A stretch of 64,000 nt of DNA. Source: Octopus sinensis (Eukaryota). Within the stretch, counting starts at the first letter, position 1; the number at the start of each line of letters is the position of its first letter. A program made the translations under genes and the position numbers. The notes beneath the pieces were generated by a model. It had not been told where the DNA came from, did not search any database, and saw only the letters and a program-made list of their open reading frames with translations. This document shows positions 24,746 through 37,583 of this stretch, in pieces. Location of the stretch: contig NC_043013.1 in assembly GCF_006345805.1 (NCBI RefSeq), positions 54,994,001 to 55,058,000 of the forward strand, read 5' to 3'.

Positions 24746-27185
24746 GCTGACACAAGCTTGTGTTTTTCGAGGTTAAGATTCCTGATTAATCCTAGAGACT
24801 AAACAGTAAATTTACCAATAAGCAAGTTCTTTCCTTGGGTGTAAAAGAATTGATCTAATTGATTCTATTATCAGAATTTGACTATAATCAATAAACAAAT
24901 TGTCAGGTTTTGAGTTCCTTCTTTGAGAGATAAGTATATTACATTTCTGAAGATATCAACACAAATTAGAATCGTAATTGTGAATATATTTCCTTACAAC
25001 ACACACCTGATAAAGATGCTAACAGACTATAATATAGTTTCCAATATATTCACAGAGCTGTTTTTTTTTTGCTTCCTTTCAAGCTCTCATATTCTTCAAG
25101 AGCCCATTCAGTAAACAGACTGGCTAGAGTTGTGAGTGGTGTTACAATTACAGATAAAACTCATTGTAAATATGTTGATAAATGAATTAAGAGGTGATCT
25201 ATTAAATGATGTATATCAATATTGTGCATTAACTGAAACAGCCTGCTTAACTGTGAAAGAAAACTTTAACCTAGAGGTATTTCTCAATACAACTCAAAGA
25301 AAAGAGAACATTTCAAGAAATTAAGGATTTATTTCACAAATTTTATTTACGTGTAGATATGTCAATATGTCTGTTAATTACTGGTGTGTATACTTATGTT
25401 GAGAAACCTGAGTGTGTGTAACATTGTAAAAACTAAGATGGATATTTCTGTGTCTTTTCTTCCATTCTGGTTCAGGTAAGAATTTCTGGAGATTATGTTT
25501 GATGAATGAAATTTGCCAATAAATAACTGATCTGAAGAATATAGCAAGACAATTGATGAAGACAATTTATAATATGGATTATTTTTACTGAAACAATACT
25601 CAATACAGAAAACTATGGCTATTGTAGCTTTGCATAGACACAGGTACCCTGTTGGCCTCCCAATCCTTGACTCAGTGGAACATCCAGGATAGGATAGCTG
25701 GAAGGATAGGAGGCTCAAACAGCACCTGCCTGGTACTCATGAGTTGACAAGAACAAAGGAAAATGAAGTACCTTCCTGAAGGACAAAATAATATCATGTC
25801 CAGGAATTCAACTCTTTACTTAATGATCATGGACCCGACCCTTTAACCATGAGGCTTTCTGTCTCCAGTCAGTAAATAAAAAATTTAGCATTTAAACCTA
25901 AGTTTCTATGAATAGAAGAATCCCCTTCTTGGAATTCCCTAAACTCAACATGAGATGTTGATCAGTTTAAAAAACCGAGCTGCAACTGAATCTAAAAACA
26001 AGAATAGAAGACAGTTGCTGTAAAGTATTATGAATTTGCAGAAATACATAAATTTGCCAATATTTAAAGAGAAAGTAATGTTCTTTGATCGATATTTAAT
26101 TTTTCTGTTTGGCAATTTTCATTTTGCAGAGAGAAAAAAAACAAAATGCAAAACAAAGTTTACCAAAGTTATTTTAGTTTTATAAGAACAGTGTACATAC
26201 TTGCTGAATAGAGAAATTGGACCTTAATACATTATGTGGGAATGAAAAAGAATCCAAAAGGATTTAAGAGAGGAAGAAGGTGTTTCTACAATTTTTATTA
26301 ACAGATTGTATACAATATTTAACATGAGTTGTTCAATTTCAATCATTTAATTTTCTTTTCAGTCAAATATTTATGCAGATATTGCGAGTTAGAAGTAAAG
26401 AAAATAACAGCAACATTATTTGCAGCTGTTGGCACTTGAACATTTGTAGCTGGACAAAGAAAACTTTCCTTATATTTTATTTACATTCTATAAGTTGTGG
26501 ATTTTTAAGTATGCTTTTATTCCCCTCTCACTAAACATAACTGCACAGATTGTTTGACAAAATCAATTTCTAGTTTTGTTGTTCAGAAACATTTTTATTC
26601 TGACATTAATATTTCTTAGAATATGGCAGTTAGCATCGGAAGATTTTACTAAGCATATATGACAGAATTGATTCTGTTGAATACATTTACTTAAAGCTGA
26701 CATTTAAGCAAAATACATGCAGGAATTTCATACCAAGAATGCAATGTGTGAAGAGGTCCAGAGTGGAGGCAACAGGTTAAAAGCCAAACTTGCCTCAGTT
26801 ATTTTTTTTATTTTACTAAATTGAGGATTGAGTGAGCAGCCATGGTACGAGCAGCACTTACTGTTGAATTGTATGAAAACAAAAATCCATTAGCATCGAC
26901 ATGCTAGTCATATTTAGTAGTTAAGGGGTGGTGCTTGGGTACTGATGATCGAAATTTAAAATAGAGAAGAGATATTAAATTAATTAAATTCTTCAAGCTG
27001 GAAGAAAGGTATTTGTCAATGTTGTGTAGTGTGAGCTCCAGAGGCATGAGGTGTTCTGGATTGCAAGATAATGTGTCAGAGAAAAGTTGTGATGTTAAAT
27101 GGTGGTATATTTGCACTTAGTGACCCTGCAAAGAAAGAGGCATGAAAGTGAAACTATGAAAGGCTACTAAATGTGTTTAGTATAT

Positions 27186-29482
27186 GGGAGGAGGGTCTCC
27201 CTAATGTGGACCCAACAGAGAGATCAACTAGCTGAGTTGACAGCAGCATGATAGATAAATAGATAAAGCAATTAAGGATATGAAAACAGGAAAAGTCCCT
27301 GACCCATCAGGAATTACTGCTGAGATGCTTAAAATATATAGCAGGGTGGGATATGGCCTAGTCCTCCACCTGTTTTATCAGGATGTCCAGGAAGGGATCA
27401 TAGCCAACGACTGGTGTAGCAGCTTTATAGATGACTGCTACAAAAGTAAGAGTGTTGCCTTAGACTGAAGTAATAATAGAGGTTTCAAATGATGAAAGTA
27501 ACAGAAAAGTCACAGCTCGACTAATTAGGAAGAGAGTTTAACCTTGGTGAGATGCAGTTTGGTTTTGCACCAGGGAAAAGAACTACTGATGTTATCTTTC
27601 TGGTAAGGCAACTGCAAGTGGAGTTTTTAGCAAAACAAGCAAACCTCTGTACATGGTATTTGTGAACATATAGAAAGCCTTTGACAGGGTTCCTCCCTCA
27701 TATGTGGTCGATGCAGAAGCTAGGAGCAGACAGGTGACTGGTGAGAGCAGTCCGGCCAGTAAGGTAAAGGTCAGCAATGAGTTTAGCAACAAATTTAGCT
27801 TACAGACCAGAGTTCACCAAGAAGTCCTCCAAGCCATAACAGAGGAATTTAAGACTGGTTCTCCTTAGCAGCCCCTCTATGCCAATGACCTTCCCCTTTT
27901 AGCAGAGACTCTACAAGAGTTTAAGAAGAAATTTCAGGTGTGAAAGCAAGGACTTGAATTAATAGGCCTTGGAGTTAATTGAGAAAAGACCAAAGACCTA
28001 AAAAGCAGGAAAGCAAACAAATTATTAAGCCCTTCAGGAAAAAGGCCCAGCTAGATATATGGAACAGGTATTGGTAGTAATTCCATACAGTGTACTCAGT
28101 GGAAGCTTTGGACACATAAGAGGTGCATTGGAATACCATGAAGGTTAAGAGAGAAAGTAGTATTTGCATCTATGTAGAGGAAACAGATTTTCTGAAATGT
28201 CCAAGGGGATCCTTAGAGGTACTAGATGGCTTTTGGTATTTTCATTACTTAGGTGACAAAATTAGCATCAGAAGAAACTGCTCTGAAAGAGTAGTTGCTA
28301 GAATAAGAACCAATCGGGCAAAGTTCAGAGAGCTATTACTTTTGTTGGTAAGAAAGGGCTTCTCCCTTGGAGTGAAAGACAGATTGAATGATGCCCGTGT
28401 ATGGACAGCTGTACTCTGCAAGGTAATGGAAAAGAGGCTATAACAGTAGAGAACATGTGAAGGCTTGAAAGAAATGAAGGCAGCATTACTCCACTGGATG
28501 AGTACGACAAAGTGTAAATTTAATTGCAAATTGCATATAAGAGGCATCAGAAGTGTACAAGAGAAACGACTGCACTGGTGTGGCCATGGAGGAGGACATG
28601 AACAAATACTGATCAGTAAATGTGGAGGGAACTAAATGTGTTCACTTAATGTGGAATAGGTAGACCCAGGAAAACAAAGGATAAAAGGGTGAGAAATGAG
28701 CTGATGATGTTGAGCTTCAGGGAAGAAATGACAAAGAACTGAGACAATTGGCGATTTTGCTGTGCTTGAGGAGACTCATCCAGCTAAGTAAGATCGAGGA
28801 CATAAAGTCCTTTAAGACCAAGCCCCTTCCCCCCACAACCCATCTTTCCAACACCTCACCCTTTCCCCTTGCTGTGTCCATCTTCCCTCCTTTCTCCTTC
28901 ACCTGCCTACCCCCTGCACAAAATATGTCCCTGTTGAATCTCTTCTCCACAACATAGCCCCCCTAACACCCACCCCATACCTGATCCCACTTATTACATT
29001 AACACCCTCCACCTCTCACTCTTTCATAATATTGTAAACTCATCCCCCCACTCAATCATCCCCAGTCCATTTCCCTATATTAATCTCCCTTTAACTTGGG
29101 TGTATGGCCCCTGCCCCCTTCCTCCTACATCTTCAATATTTTCTCTTTCTCCTCTTTCTCTCTCTCCACCTGAGGGCGCTGTGTTTCTCCTCTATTGTGA
29201 GGTACCTTTCTTCAGCTGTTCAATACTGCTCCCCACACCTGAGTTGAGGGATCTTATCCTGTGGGCTATTTGGTGATCATAATGCTGCTGGAAACACACA
29301 AAGAGCACCCAGTACACTTTGTAAAGTGGTTGGCCACATAAAGGACATCCAGCCATTAAAACCCTGCCAAAACAGACAGCAGAGCTTGGTGCAGTCTTCT
29401 GACTTGTCACTTCCTGTCAAACATTCTGACCCATTCCAGTATGGAAAATAGAAGTTAGATTATGATGATGCTGATGATGATA
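27186..29482 (+). mobile_element. Older, heavily mutated 5'-truncated RTE LINE
   Basis: MKTGKVPDPSGITAEMLK, QFGFAPGK, a degenerate YADD region and YLGD..., collinear with 45551-47739. Degenerate 3' tail ends in (GAT)n at ~29460-29482. Confidence 0.88.
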
Positions 29483-29527
29483 ATACATACACAAATATAT
29501 GTACAGTACACAACAAAACTATAACTG

Positions 29528-29803
29528 CATTATTTACATTTTGACAGATGTTTGTCCTCATCTTGTTTGTTAACACAAAGTTTCAGTTGATATACCTTCC
29601 AGCCTTCATCAGGTGTCTTGGGGGAAATTTCAAACCTGGGTTCTTATTCCTAAGGTATTTTTCGATGTAATTATTATTATTATTATTATTATTGTTATTA
29701 TTCAAGTCACTGCCTGGAATCGAACTTGGAATCTTGGGGATAGTAGCCTGTGCTCTTAACCACTACGCCATATGCCCCTGGGCTTGTCTCTTAAATATAG
29801 AAC
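29528..29803 (-). mobile_element. tRNA-head/hammerhead PLE-type element (copy 2)
   Basis: Minus-strand head gggcatatggcgtagtggttaagagc...agttcgattccaggcagtgac and a hammerhead. Same left end (cattatttacatt) and right end (tctcttaaatatagaac) as copy 1. Confidence 0.82.
29572..29617 (-). ncRNA. Hammerhead motif with intact stem I and mutated stems II/III
   Basis: GACAC-CTGATGA-A-GGCTG-gaaggtatat-CAACT-GAAA-CTTT-GTGTT. Confidence 0.55.
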
Positions 29804-30903
29804 AGAAAACTATGACTGCTTGTAACTTGAGTACTGATGCAGTATAGTTTATGAATAAACATGCAGATGGAGTAATTTCCATATGTTCAATACATATATA
29901 TTCAATGTTGCGGTGAAAGTGGTCTCCGCATTTAAACCACAAGAGTTTCAGCGGTTTGGATTATTTCTAGTTATTGGATCTGAAATATGAAATTGAATAA
30001 CTATTATAGTTAAATGGAGCAGCTACAGATAGACATGTAATTAATTGCAGTATTATAAACAGTCACTTCCAATGAATGATCTGTAACGGAACCAGATATA
30101 TTTCCAAATATGTTGATGATAAAGATTCCAATACAAGAATATATTGTGTTGCTGTTGTTGCATTGAATTTTGTTAGGTTTCAGGTGGCAAAAGAAATAAT
30201 TACCAACACACAATGAAACATATCTAAAAATCATTAGAGTTAGCATTGACTTCTTTGTTGTGTTTTAAGAATTCTCTAAGAATTGGACAGCTTAATGTTC
30301 AGTAATATTTTTGGCCTCTTACCAAATTATCCAATTGTACTCTAAGCCATCTGTTAAATGATAGAACATAGCATTGTTCAAGTATTCTATAAAATAATCT
30401 GAATTAAATTATCCATTAATCTCATTTCCTGTCAGTAGTTAAATATTTCTTTATCGTCATAGTTACTACTACACAAGCAAGTAATGGTATCAAAATATAT
30501 TTGTGCTGATGGAGCTTAACAAAGAGCTTTGAGAGTAAAGTCCCTGATTCATGCAACCCAACAATAACATTAGCTAATGCCTCACTTTTTCTAATCACAA
30601 ACAATTAATCCTATTCTGCTAATTTCTGAGACCCAGTTGCTTTTTTTCATGACTTTGTATCAATAAGAATTGTAAAAGGAAATCTTTGCAACTGCAGGAA
30701 TTGTCAGTGATATCCACACCGAATATATATTCATTGAAATTCTACAAGTGATCCTATAATTTACATCTACCTTGACAACATCATACATCAGCCGTTATCT
30801 ACTTGAGATTTGTGTTGCTACACCAATCTTTCCTGGGCTTATTTATGCGTCTTCTTCTTTCTCTACACTGGTTCCTGATCAGTCTTCTTATTTCTGTCCG
30901 CAG

Positions 30904-30928
30904 ATGAATGTTACCACCAAATTGCATG
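30904..30928 (+). CDS. Candidate 25-nt micro-exon
   Basis: tcttcttatttctgtccgcag|atgaatgttaccaccaaattgcatg|gtgagt has a strong acceptor and a consensus donor. Open as (D/N)ECYHQIA(W/C). Confidence 0.3.
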
Positions 30929-31299
30929 GTGAGTGGAACACCTCGAGGAAATACTTAATTAGCTTACTCTTAATACAACATTGGATTTTGATTTTTCTAC
31001 TACTACTACCCATAAAGGTGAGGGATATCAGTGTACACATAACCTGAGGGCTGATGACAGCAAAAGGTAATTGTGAAATTAAACAATAAAAGTAACAAAA
31101 CAGAATTAGATCAGATTGCAGCAGTTTTGTAGAAAATGGAGAATGAAAGCATAAAGACTAACAGAAAATCTCAAGAGAGAAAGAAAGAGAAATAAGAAGA
31201 ATCGTCTTTAAACTAGGAACAAGAAAGAAGTGATGGAGAGAGTGAGTTTTAAAAGAAGGAAGAACGAAATTTTATCTTTAAACGAGCAACAGGGATTAT

Positions 31300-31630
31300 T
31301 AGTAATGGTAACACCAGCAGAAGCATCATCACTTTTATTTGTTCTCAGCAAAATCTTGAATGCTGTGTTACTTAGACCGTTATATGAAGCTATTGATGTT
31401 GGATGGCATGGATTTCTGTGGGTTGGTCATGGAGTGAACAGAGCTTTATTCTGTTTGACATTATTGAACAGTGAGTTGAATGCCAGCAACAATTTTCAAT
31501 CAATTTCATTGTCTTTAAGTGTGTTTGACAATGTGTATGGTAAACCAATATGGAACACTGCCAGGATTTACAGCATCCCACAGCAGTACATCAATATTTT
31601 TCAAAACATTAATTTCAGTGTCAGCTATTT
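31300..31630 (+). mobile_element. Ancient RTE-clade RT fragment (different subfamily)
   Basis: SKILNAVLLRPLYEAID...VFDNVYGKPIWNTARIYSIPQQYINIFQNI resembles KIL..ILL.R...AVD / AFDS.HR..LW.ILR.YGIP.K.I.I. Confidence 0.65.
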
Positions 31631-32019
31631 TACAAAGATAGACAGTGATACCAACAAATATTCCCTCATAGTGACTGGTGTGCATGTGTATGCGTATGTG
31701 TTTGTTTGTATGTGCATGCATGTGTGCGTATGCACCAGAGATGTCTTCATGTCACTATTCCTATATTTACTGTTTAAATTTTGTATGAGAAAATGCCAAT
31801 AAAAGTGGCTAAAAGACAGATGAATATTTTTTTTCATAAGTTTTGAAATGGATGTTAATTCATCCTAAATTCTAAAGCTTGAGATGATAAATTTAACCCA
31901 CCTTTTTTTTTTTTACATCTCTAATGTAAACCATGTTTCTTCACTGTTGTGAATCTGACGTCTTTATATATACATAAATAGAAATACATATAAATACATT
32001 CATATACATATGTCTATAT

Positions 32020-32059
<40 letters not shown>

Positions 32060-33112
32060 GTATCACACACACACACACATATGAATGCAGTAAATACGTG
32101 TCTTGGTGCATTTCATTTAAAAAAACTGATATATTTTTCTCTAAATGAATGAAAAACAATCTGAAACACTCAGTAGAACAGTGTAATAAATGCCAACAAG
32201 TTTAAATTAAATCGTAATCAAAATTAAATTGTAATCAATGTGGAACTGAGGATGAAAATTCAATAAAATGAAGAAAAAATACAACCAAAATTATAGTTAA
32301 AAAACTAGAAAATATAACACCCATATATAGTAATCATTGATTAACATCTAATAGCTTTATAATTAATAGTTTTATAATTTTCCCATAAAATCTTCACTGA
32401 GATATGGAGAGCAATATATATATTACACATTATGTAACATTATAATAACCTCAAAAAATGTCCACAGTCACAAATGAGATGAATCACAAGCAGATATAAT
32501 AACATTTAAATAAAATATTGTGTCACTTAAAAAAAATTAACAAATAACCATAAATAATATAACAGAAATGTATCCGTTACTCAGCAGTGGGAGAAAAAAT
32601 TATTTCATTTTTGGAAGAAAATCATAAGCCGGTGAGCAAAAGAAAATATGATACAGGTTTAATGTTGAGACTTAAAGATGGTAGTTAATGCCTAAGAGAC
32701 AATATCGAACTGATGAGATAATGACAGTGATGAGAATTTATCTAATTAGAAAATGAGAGTGTTTTAATAATTCTGATGCTCTTTTCTCATCAAAGCTCTA
32801 AGGAAAACTCAAAATGAAAAATTATTTCGATTAATCATTAATGGATCAAAAGAGCACCTGATTATGAAAGAAAATCTTTCTAAATAGTTCAATAAATAAT
32901 CTAGATGCATATGTATCAGTTCTAGAAACCCAACGACTTTGGGTGGATGCAAGTGGACAGGCAAAAGAGTATACAACTAAAATATACACAATAATATACA
33001 CACACACACGTCTCACTACTGAATGTGTCAAAGAGAAACAGAAAAGTGTTTAAGGCATGAACGGTTTGTAAAGCCAAAAGATTCCACATAGCAAAAACCA
33101 AACGACTAATTT

Positions 33113-33349
33113 CTAACCACAGTCAAAATACCAGAGTATTGGTTGTCAAGTGATGTTGCGGAGACACACACACACACACACACACACGACGGGCTTCTTT
33201 CAGTTTCTGTCTGCCAAATCCACTCACAAGGCTTTTGTCCGCCTGAGGCTATAGTAGAAGACACTTGCCCAAGATGCCACTCAGCAGGACTGAACCCAGA
33301 ACCATGTGGTTGGTAAGCAAGCTTCTTACTACACAGCAACTCCTGTTCT
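33113..33349 (-). mobile_element. SINE family A, 5' two-thirds
   Basis: Head and central microsatellite are present; the 3' tail is missing. Confidence 0.85.
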
Positions 33350-34277
33350 AAGATTATACATAATTTAAATATATATTTAAAATGTTTATATATCTATGTA
33401 TTCATATATCTCTTATATATTTTTACTATATTTATATATCTTACACATTTTTAATATGTTTGATGTATTAAACATATCCTTAAAAATTCCTGCAGATTGC
33501 TTCTATGGCCAAATGCATGTATTATTATATATGTATTGATTTGCCTAATTTGATTCTCATTTCTATACAGACACACGCATATATATTCATGCACAGAGAT
33601 TTATATGATATATGTAATGAAAGATAAGGTACCAATATAATTTTCATGAAGAGTATATTATCAAAGCAATTTTGTATGATTAAATCCTGCGAGCCAAGAT
33701 GGTGCTAACTGCTTGTGAATCTGGGTGGCAGGGATTGGAGTGAATTTTAAGCTCATTAACAAACATTAGATGCAATGAAATGTTGCAGAAAATTGTAACA
33801 TTATGAACACTTTCTTTTATGAGAGGAAGAGAAAATGAGAACTAGATACGTGTACACATACACATATGTATGTATGTATAATAGTTTGGTTGCATGTATA
33901 AATCATTAAAATGTCTATACATAAGAAACATTAAATTGCGAATATGTTTTTGCTATTTTATCTTTTATAGAAAAATGATCCTTTTCTTTACATTCAGCAG
34001 TTATATATGGACCTATAGAATTGAGGAACTTTTTCAGTCTGTGATATAACAATGCCATTAATTTCTAACAGACAAATGAAACCCTGAAAAATAAAATATC
34101 ACCATATCACTGTCTCCTCTCTTTTTGCTTGGGTTTGTTTTTGAATTATTATTTTGTTACGAGGAAACTCAATAGTAAGATAAAATAATTGATAAGAAAG
34201 CAAATATATATGACATCATATGATCATAGCAGAGCGAATTCATTTTGACTCTTGCTCATGTGATTATACAATATGAA

Positions 34278-34350
<73 letters not shown>
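34278..34350. repeat. (GA)n microsatellite
   Basis: Read directly from the sequence. Confidence 0.97.
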
Positions 34351-34351
<1 letters not shown>

Positions 34352-34961
34352 AAAGTGTAATTTAATGTGTAGGAAATGGGTGTAAGATATTTATAGGAAT
34401 ATTTCATTAGCAACTAACTGACTAAAACCAATCAATACTAAAGATCACTAAGGGAATCATTTACAGCACTTGACTCGAGATAACTTTAATCATCATGATG
34501 ATCATCATCATCATAATCATCAAATGACAAATATCATCCGTAAATAAGTGCTAATGAATATCTAATATTTATTATCTAGAACGTATACATCCACGGTAAT
34601 GTGTGTGTGTATGATCCGTGTGTGTATGATCCGTGTGTGTACAAATACACAAGATTTGAATCCATATATTGGAGTGCATTTTCATTTCTAAAATTCTGTT
34701 GCATAATTTTGAGTGTTTAAATACTTGTTTGCATGGGCATGTAAAGACATCTGTGTGAGTCTGTGTGTGCATATTAACTAAGTGCACGTATGTTTCGAAA
34801 GATTAATCGAAAGTGCTTGCAAATATTGGGATGAAACTTCTTCCAAAAAGGGTTAATAACATCCTACTAAAATATTTCATGCCATTTTAAAAAAATAATT
34901 TAAAAAAACATCCCCTTCCTACTGAAAAACAGTATTAAGTAATTCTCAGAAAGACTTTCAA

Positions 34962-35014
<53 letters not shown>
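34962..35014. repeat. (TG)n microsatellite
   Basis: Read directly from the sequence. Confidence 0.97.
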
Positions 35015-35016
<2 letters not shown>

Positions 35017-35029
35017 TGTTTCTCACCCT

Positions 35030-35162
35030 GGGAAAATATCAACTTGCTTAGAAACAGGTGAGGGTTAGTAACAGGAAGGGCATCTGACCATAGAAAATCT
35101 CTCAAATAAACTCTATCCAACCCATACAAGCATAAAGAAGTGGAAGTCAAATAATAATGATA
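35030..35162 (+). mobile_element. RTE-like SINE tail fragment
   Basis: aaacaggtgagggttagtaacaggaagggcatctgaccatagaaaatct, homologous to the tail of 40441-40845. Confidence 0.65.
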
Positions 35163-35654
35163 TACATACATATATATATACATGAATACATACAAACACA
35201 CATATATATTAAATTAATGATAATATACTTGTTATTAATTTAATGTATAAATTATGCATAAATTTTTATAGCATGCTGACTATCTGATAAAAATCATTAA
35301 CGTGATTTTTATCCTTATATTCTATTGTGAATTAATATATATATACATACATAAACTTATATAAGAACAAGATCGTTATTTAAAATACTGATCATATCAA
35401 GTGGCCAGCATGGGAATAAAAACCTTATAGGTAATAATTATTATTAAAATTATAATTAAGGGTATTTAAAAGATACCACCATGCTAGAGATAGCAGTCAA
35501 AACCTGACTCTAAAATCACATCATGTATTCATACAGCATCAGGAGAAAAGACAAATAGACAAATAAACTAGCAAAAAATTATTGGATAATCCCAGATCCG
35601 GTTATCTGGCTTTGTATAAAAATATACTCTGCTTCATCAGTGGGATATACAACA

Positions 35655-36011
35655 AATTGACTGCTAGTATTTATTCCTTGAAGCCTGAGACAATTGTTCT
35701 ATTGGTCTCTTTCTCTGAACTGCTAAGTTATGGTGATGTAGACTCACCAACACCAGTGGTCAAGTGGTGGTGGGTGGACAAACACGGACACAAAGACACA
35801 CACACATACAAACCACACATACACATGCAGGCACGTTCACACACACACAAAATGGTCTTGTTTCAGATTCTGTCTTGCACATCCACCCACAAGGCTTTGG
35901 TCAGCCTGAAGCTAAAGTAGAAAAATTTACCCAAAGTGTCACATACTAAAACTGAACCGAGAACCCTGTGGCTTGGAAGCAAGCTTCATACCACACAGCC
36001 ACGCCTGTGCC
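35655..36011 (-). mobile_element. SINE family A, old copy
   Basis: Diverged match over head and body. Confidence 0.8.
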
Positions 36012-36622
36012 TATGTACGTATATGAAATTTCAAAATCTAGATTTATCTTACATAGAATGCTATGAATATAATTATGTTCTGTTATTTTACATTGAATGT
36101 TATGAATACAATTATGTAGAATATAAACTTTTTTAAAGTTTCTTCCTATCCAGATTTCTGAGAATGCAGGAATAATTTGAGAAATCAAGAATATTAAAAT
36201 GCATTTTATTTTCTCTTTAATATACTTGGTATTAGATTTTTGCTTATGATATTTTGTGATCATTTTCATTTGCATCATTCCTGTATCATCTTCCTACCCT
36301 CTCCTCTTTATTTGTGTGTGTGTGTGTGTGTGCATGCATGCATGCGTGTGTGTGCATGTGTGCATATATTTTGGGCCTTGTATTTATTGAATAAGTGCAA
36401 TGCATGCAAATCTTGTGCCCTTTATTCCCTTCTATAACTTTACAGTCAAATAATATATGTGTGTGTGTGTGTGTGCACACTCTTATGTATTAAGTTCTTT
36501 TTCTCCTCTTTGTCCACCAAACCTAAATACATGCATGACAATGATATTATATGTGTGTGTGTGTGTGTGTGTGTGATATAAATGTACGTAAATGAATCAG
36601 CTTGCTAGAAACAGCAGCTTAA

Positions 36623-36853
36623 GGCGGCGAGCTGGCAGAAACGTTGGTACGCTGGGCAAAATGCTTAGTGGTATTTCATCTGCAATTATGTTCTGAGTTC
36701 AAATTCCACTGAGGTCGACTTTGCCTTTTATCCTTTCGGGGTCAATGAATTAAGTACCAGTTACAAACTGGGGTTGATGTAGTCGACTTAATCCCTTTGT
36801 CTGTCCGTGTTTGTCCCCTCTATGGTTAGCCCCTTGTGGGCAATAAAGAAATA
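36623..36853 (+). mobile_element. SINE family B, full length
   Basis: ggcggcgagctggcagaaacg (A-box), gagttcaaattcc (B-box), core and aataaagaaata tail. Confidence 0.92.
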
Positions 36854-37483
36854 AGAAACAGTAGCCTAACCTCCAGCAAATCACATCCCACCAGTTTAAA
36901 AAATGAGTACTCATTGGATAATATTATTCCAATTATGGTATGTATTAAAAGAAGATGGCATAATCATTAGTCTGCTTTATCAGGGCAGACAGACCAGGGG
37001 CTAAACAAGCAGTGTGACTTTGGAATTATCAAGGAGCACATTGGAAAGTCACCTTAGAAAATGAATATTTGCAGTTTAAACCTAATTAATGCAGTGTGTG
37101 TGTGTGTGTTTGTGTGTCTGTGTGTAAGCATGCAAGTCTGACAAATGATCCAAGAATATATTTATTGAGCGGCAAAAAAAAGCAAACTGGGCTTAAAGAT
37201 CCAGCAAATTTTAATGTTACATTAAATATTCATTTATGTGTGTATCTGTGTGTGTGTTTATGTGTGTATCTGTGTGTGTGTTTATGTGTGTATGCATGCT
37301 TGTGTATGTGCTTCTATGTCAAACTTCAAAGTCACTATCAATCATTTCCTTGTAAAAATCAATGCATTTTGTACTTTATTAAAAAGTATTAAGTGATCGT
37401 TCAGTTTAACATAAAATTGCTTTTAATATATAACTTTATATAAAAATAAATATATATACATATACAGACATATATATACATAT

Positions 37484-37583
37484 NNNNNNNNNNNNNNNNN
37501 NNNNNNNNNNNNNNNNNNNNNNNNNNNNNNNNNNNNNNNNNNNNNNNNNNNNNNNNNNNNNNNNNNNNNNNNNNNNNNNNNNN
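37484..37583. other. Assembly gap (100 N)
   Basis: Run of exactly 100 N, so the true gap size is unknown. Confidence 0.99.

Noticed and set aside
31230-31802. 190-aa plus ORF as a host gene
   Set aside because: Its core is a decayed RTE RT fragment and its tail is a TG microsatellite.
36048-36120. Short local tandem duplications (also ~34605, ~37235, ~40000, ~50825)
   Set aside because: Ordinary 14-40 bp slippage duplications with no sign of function.
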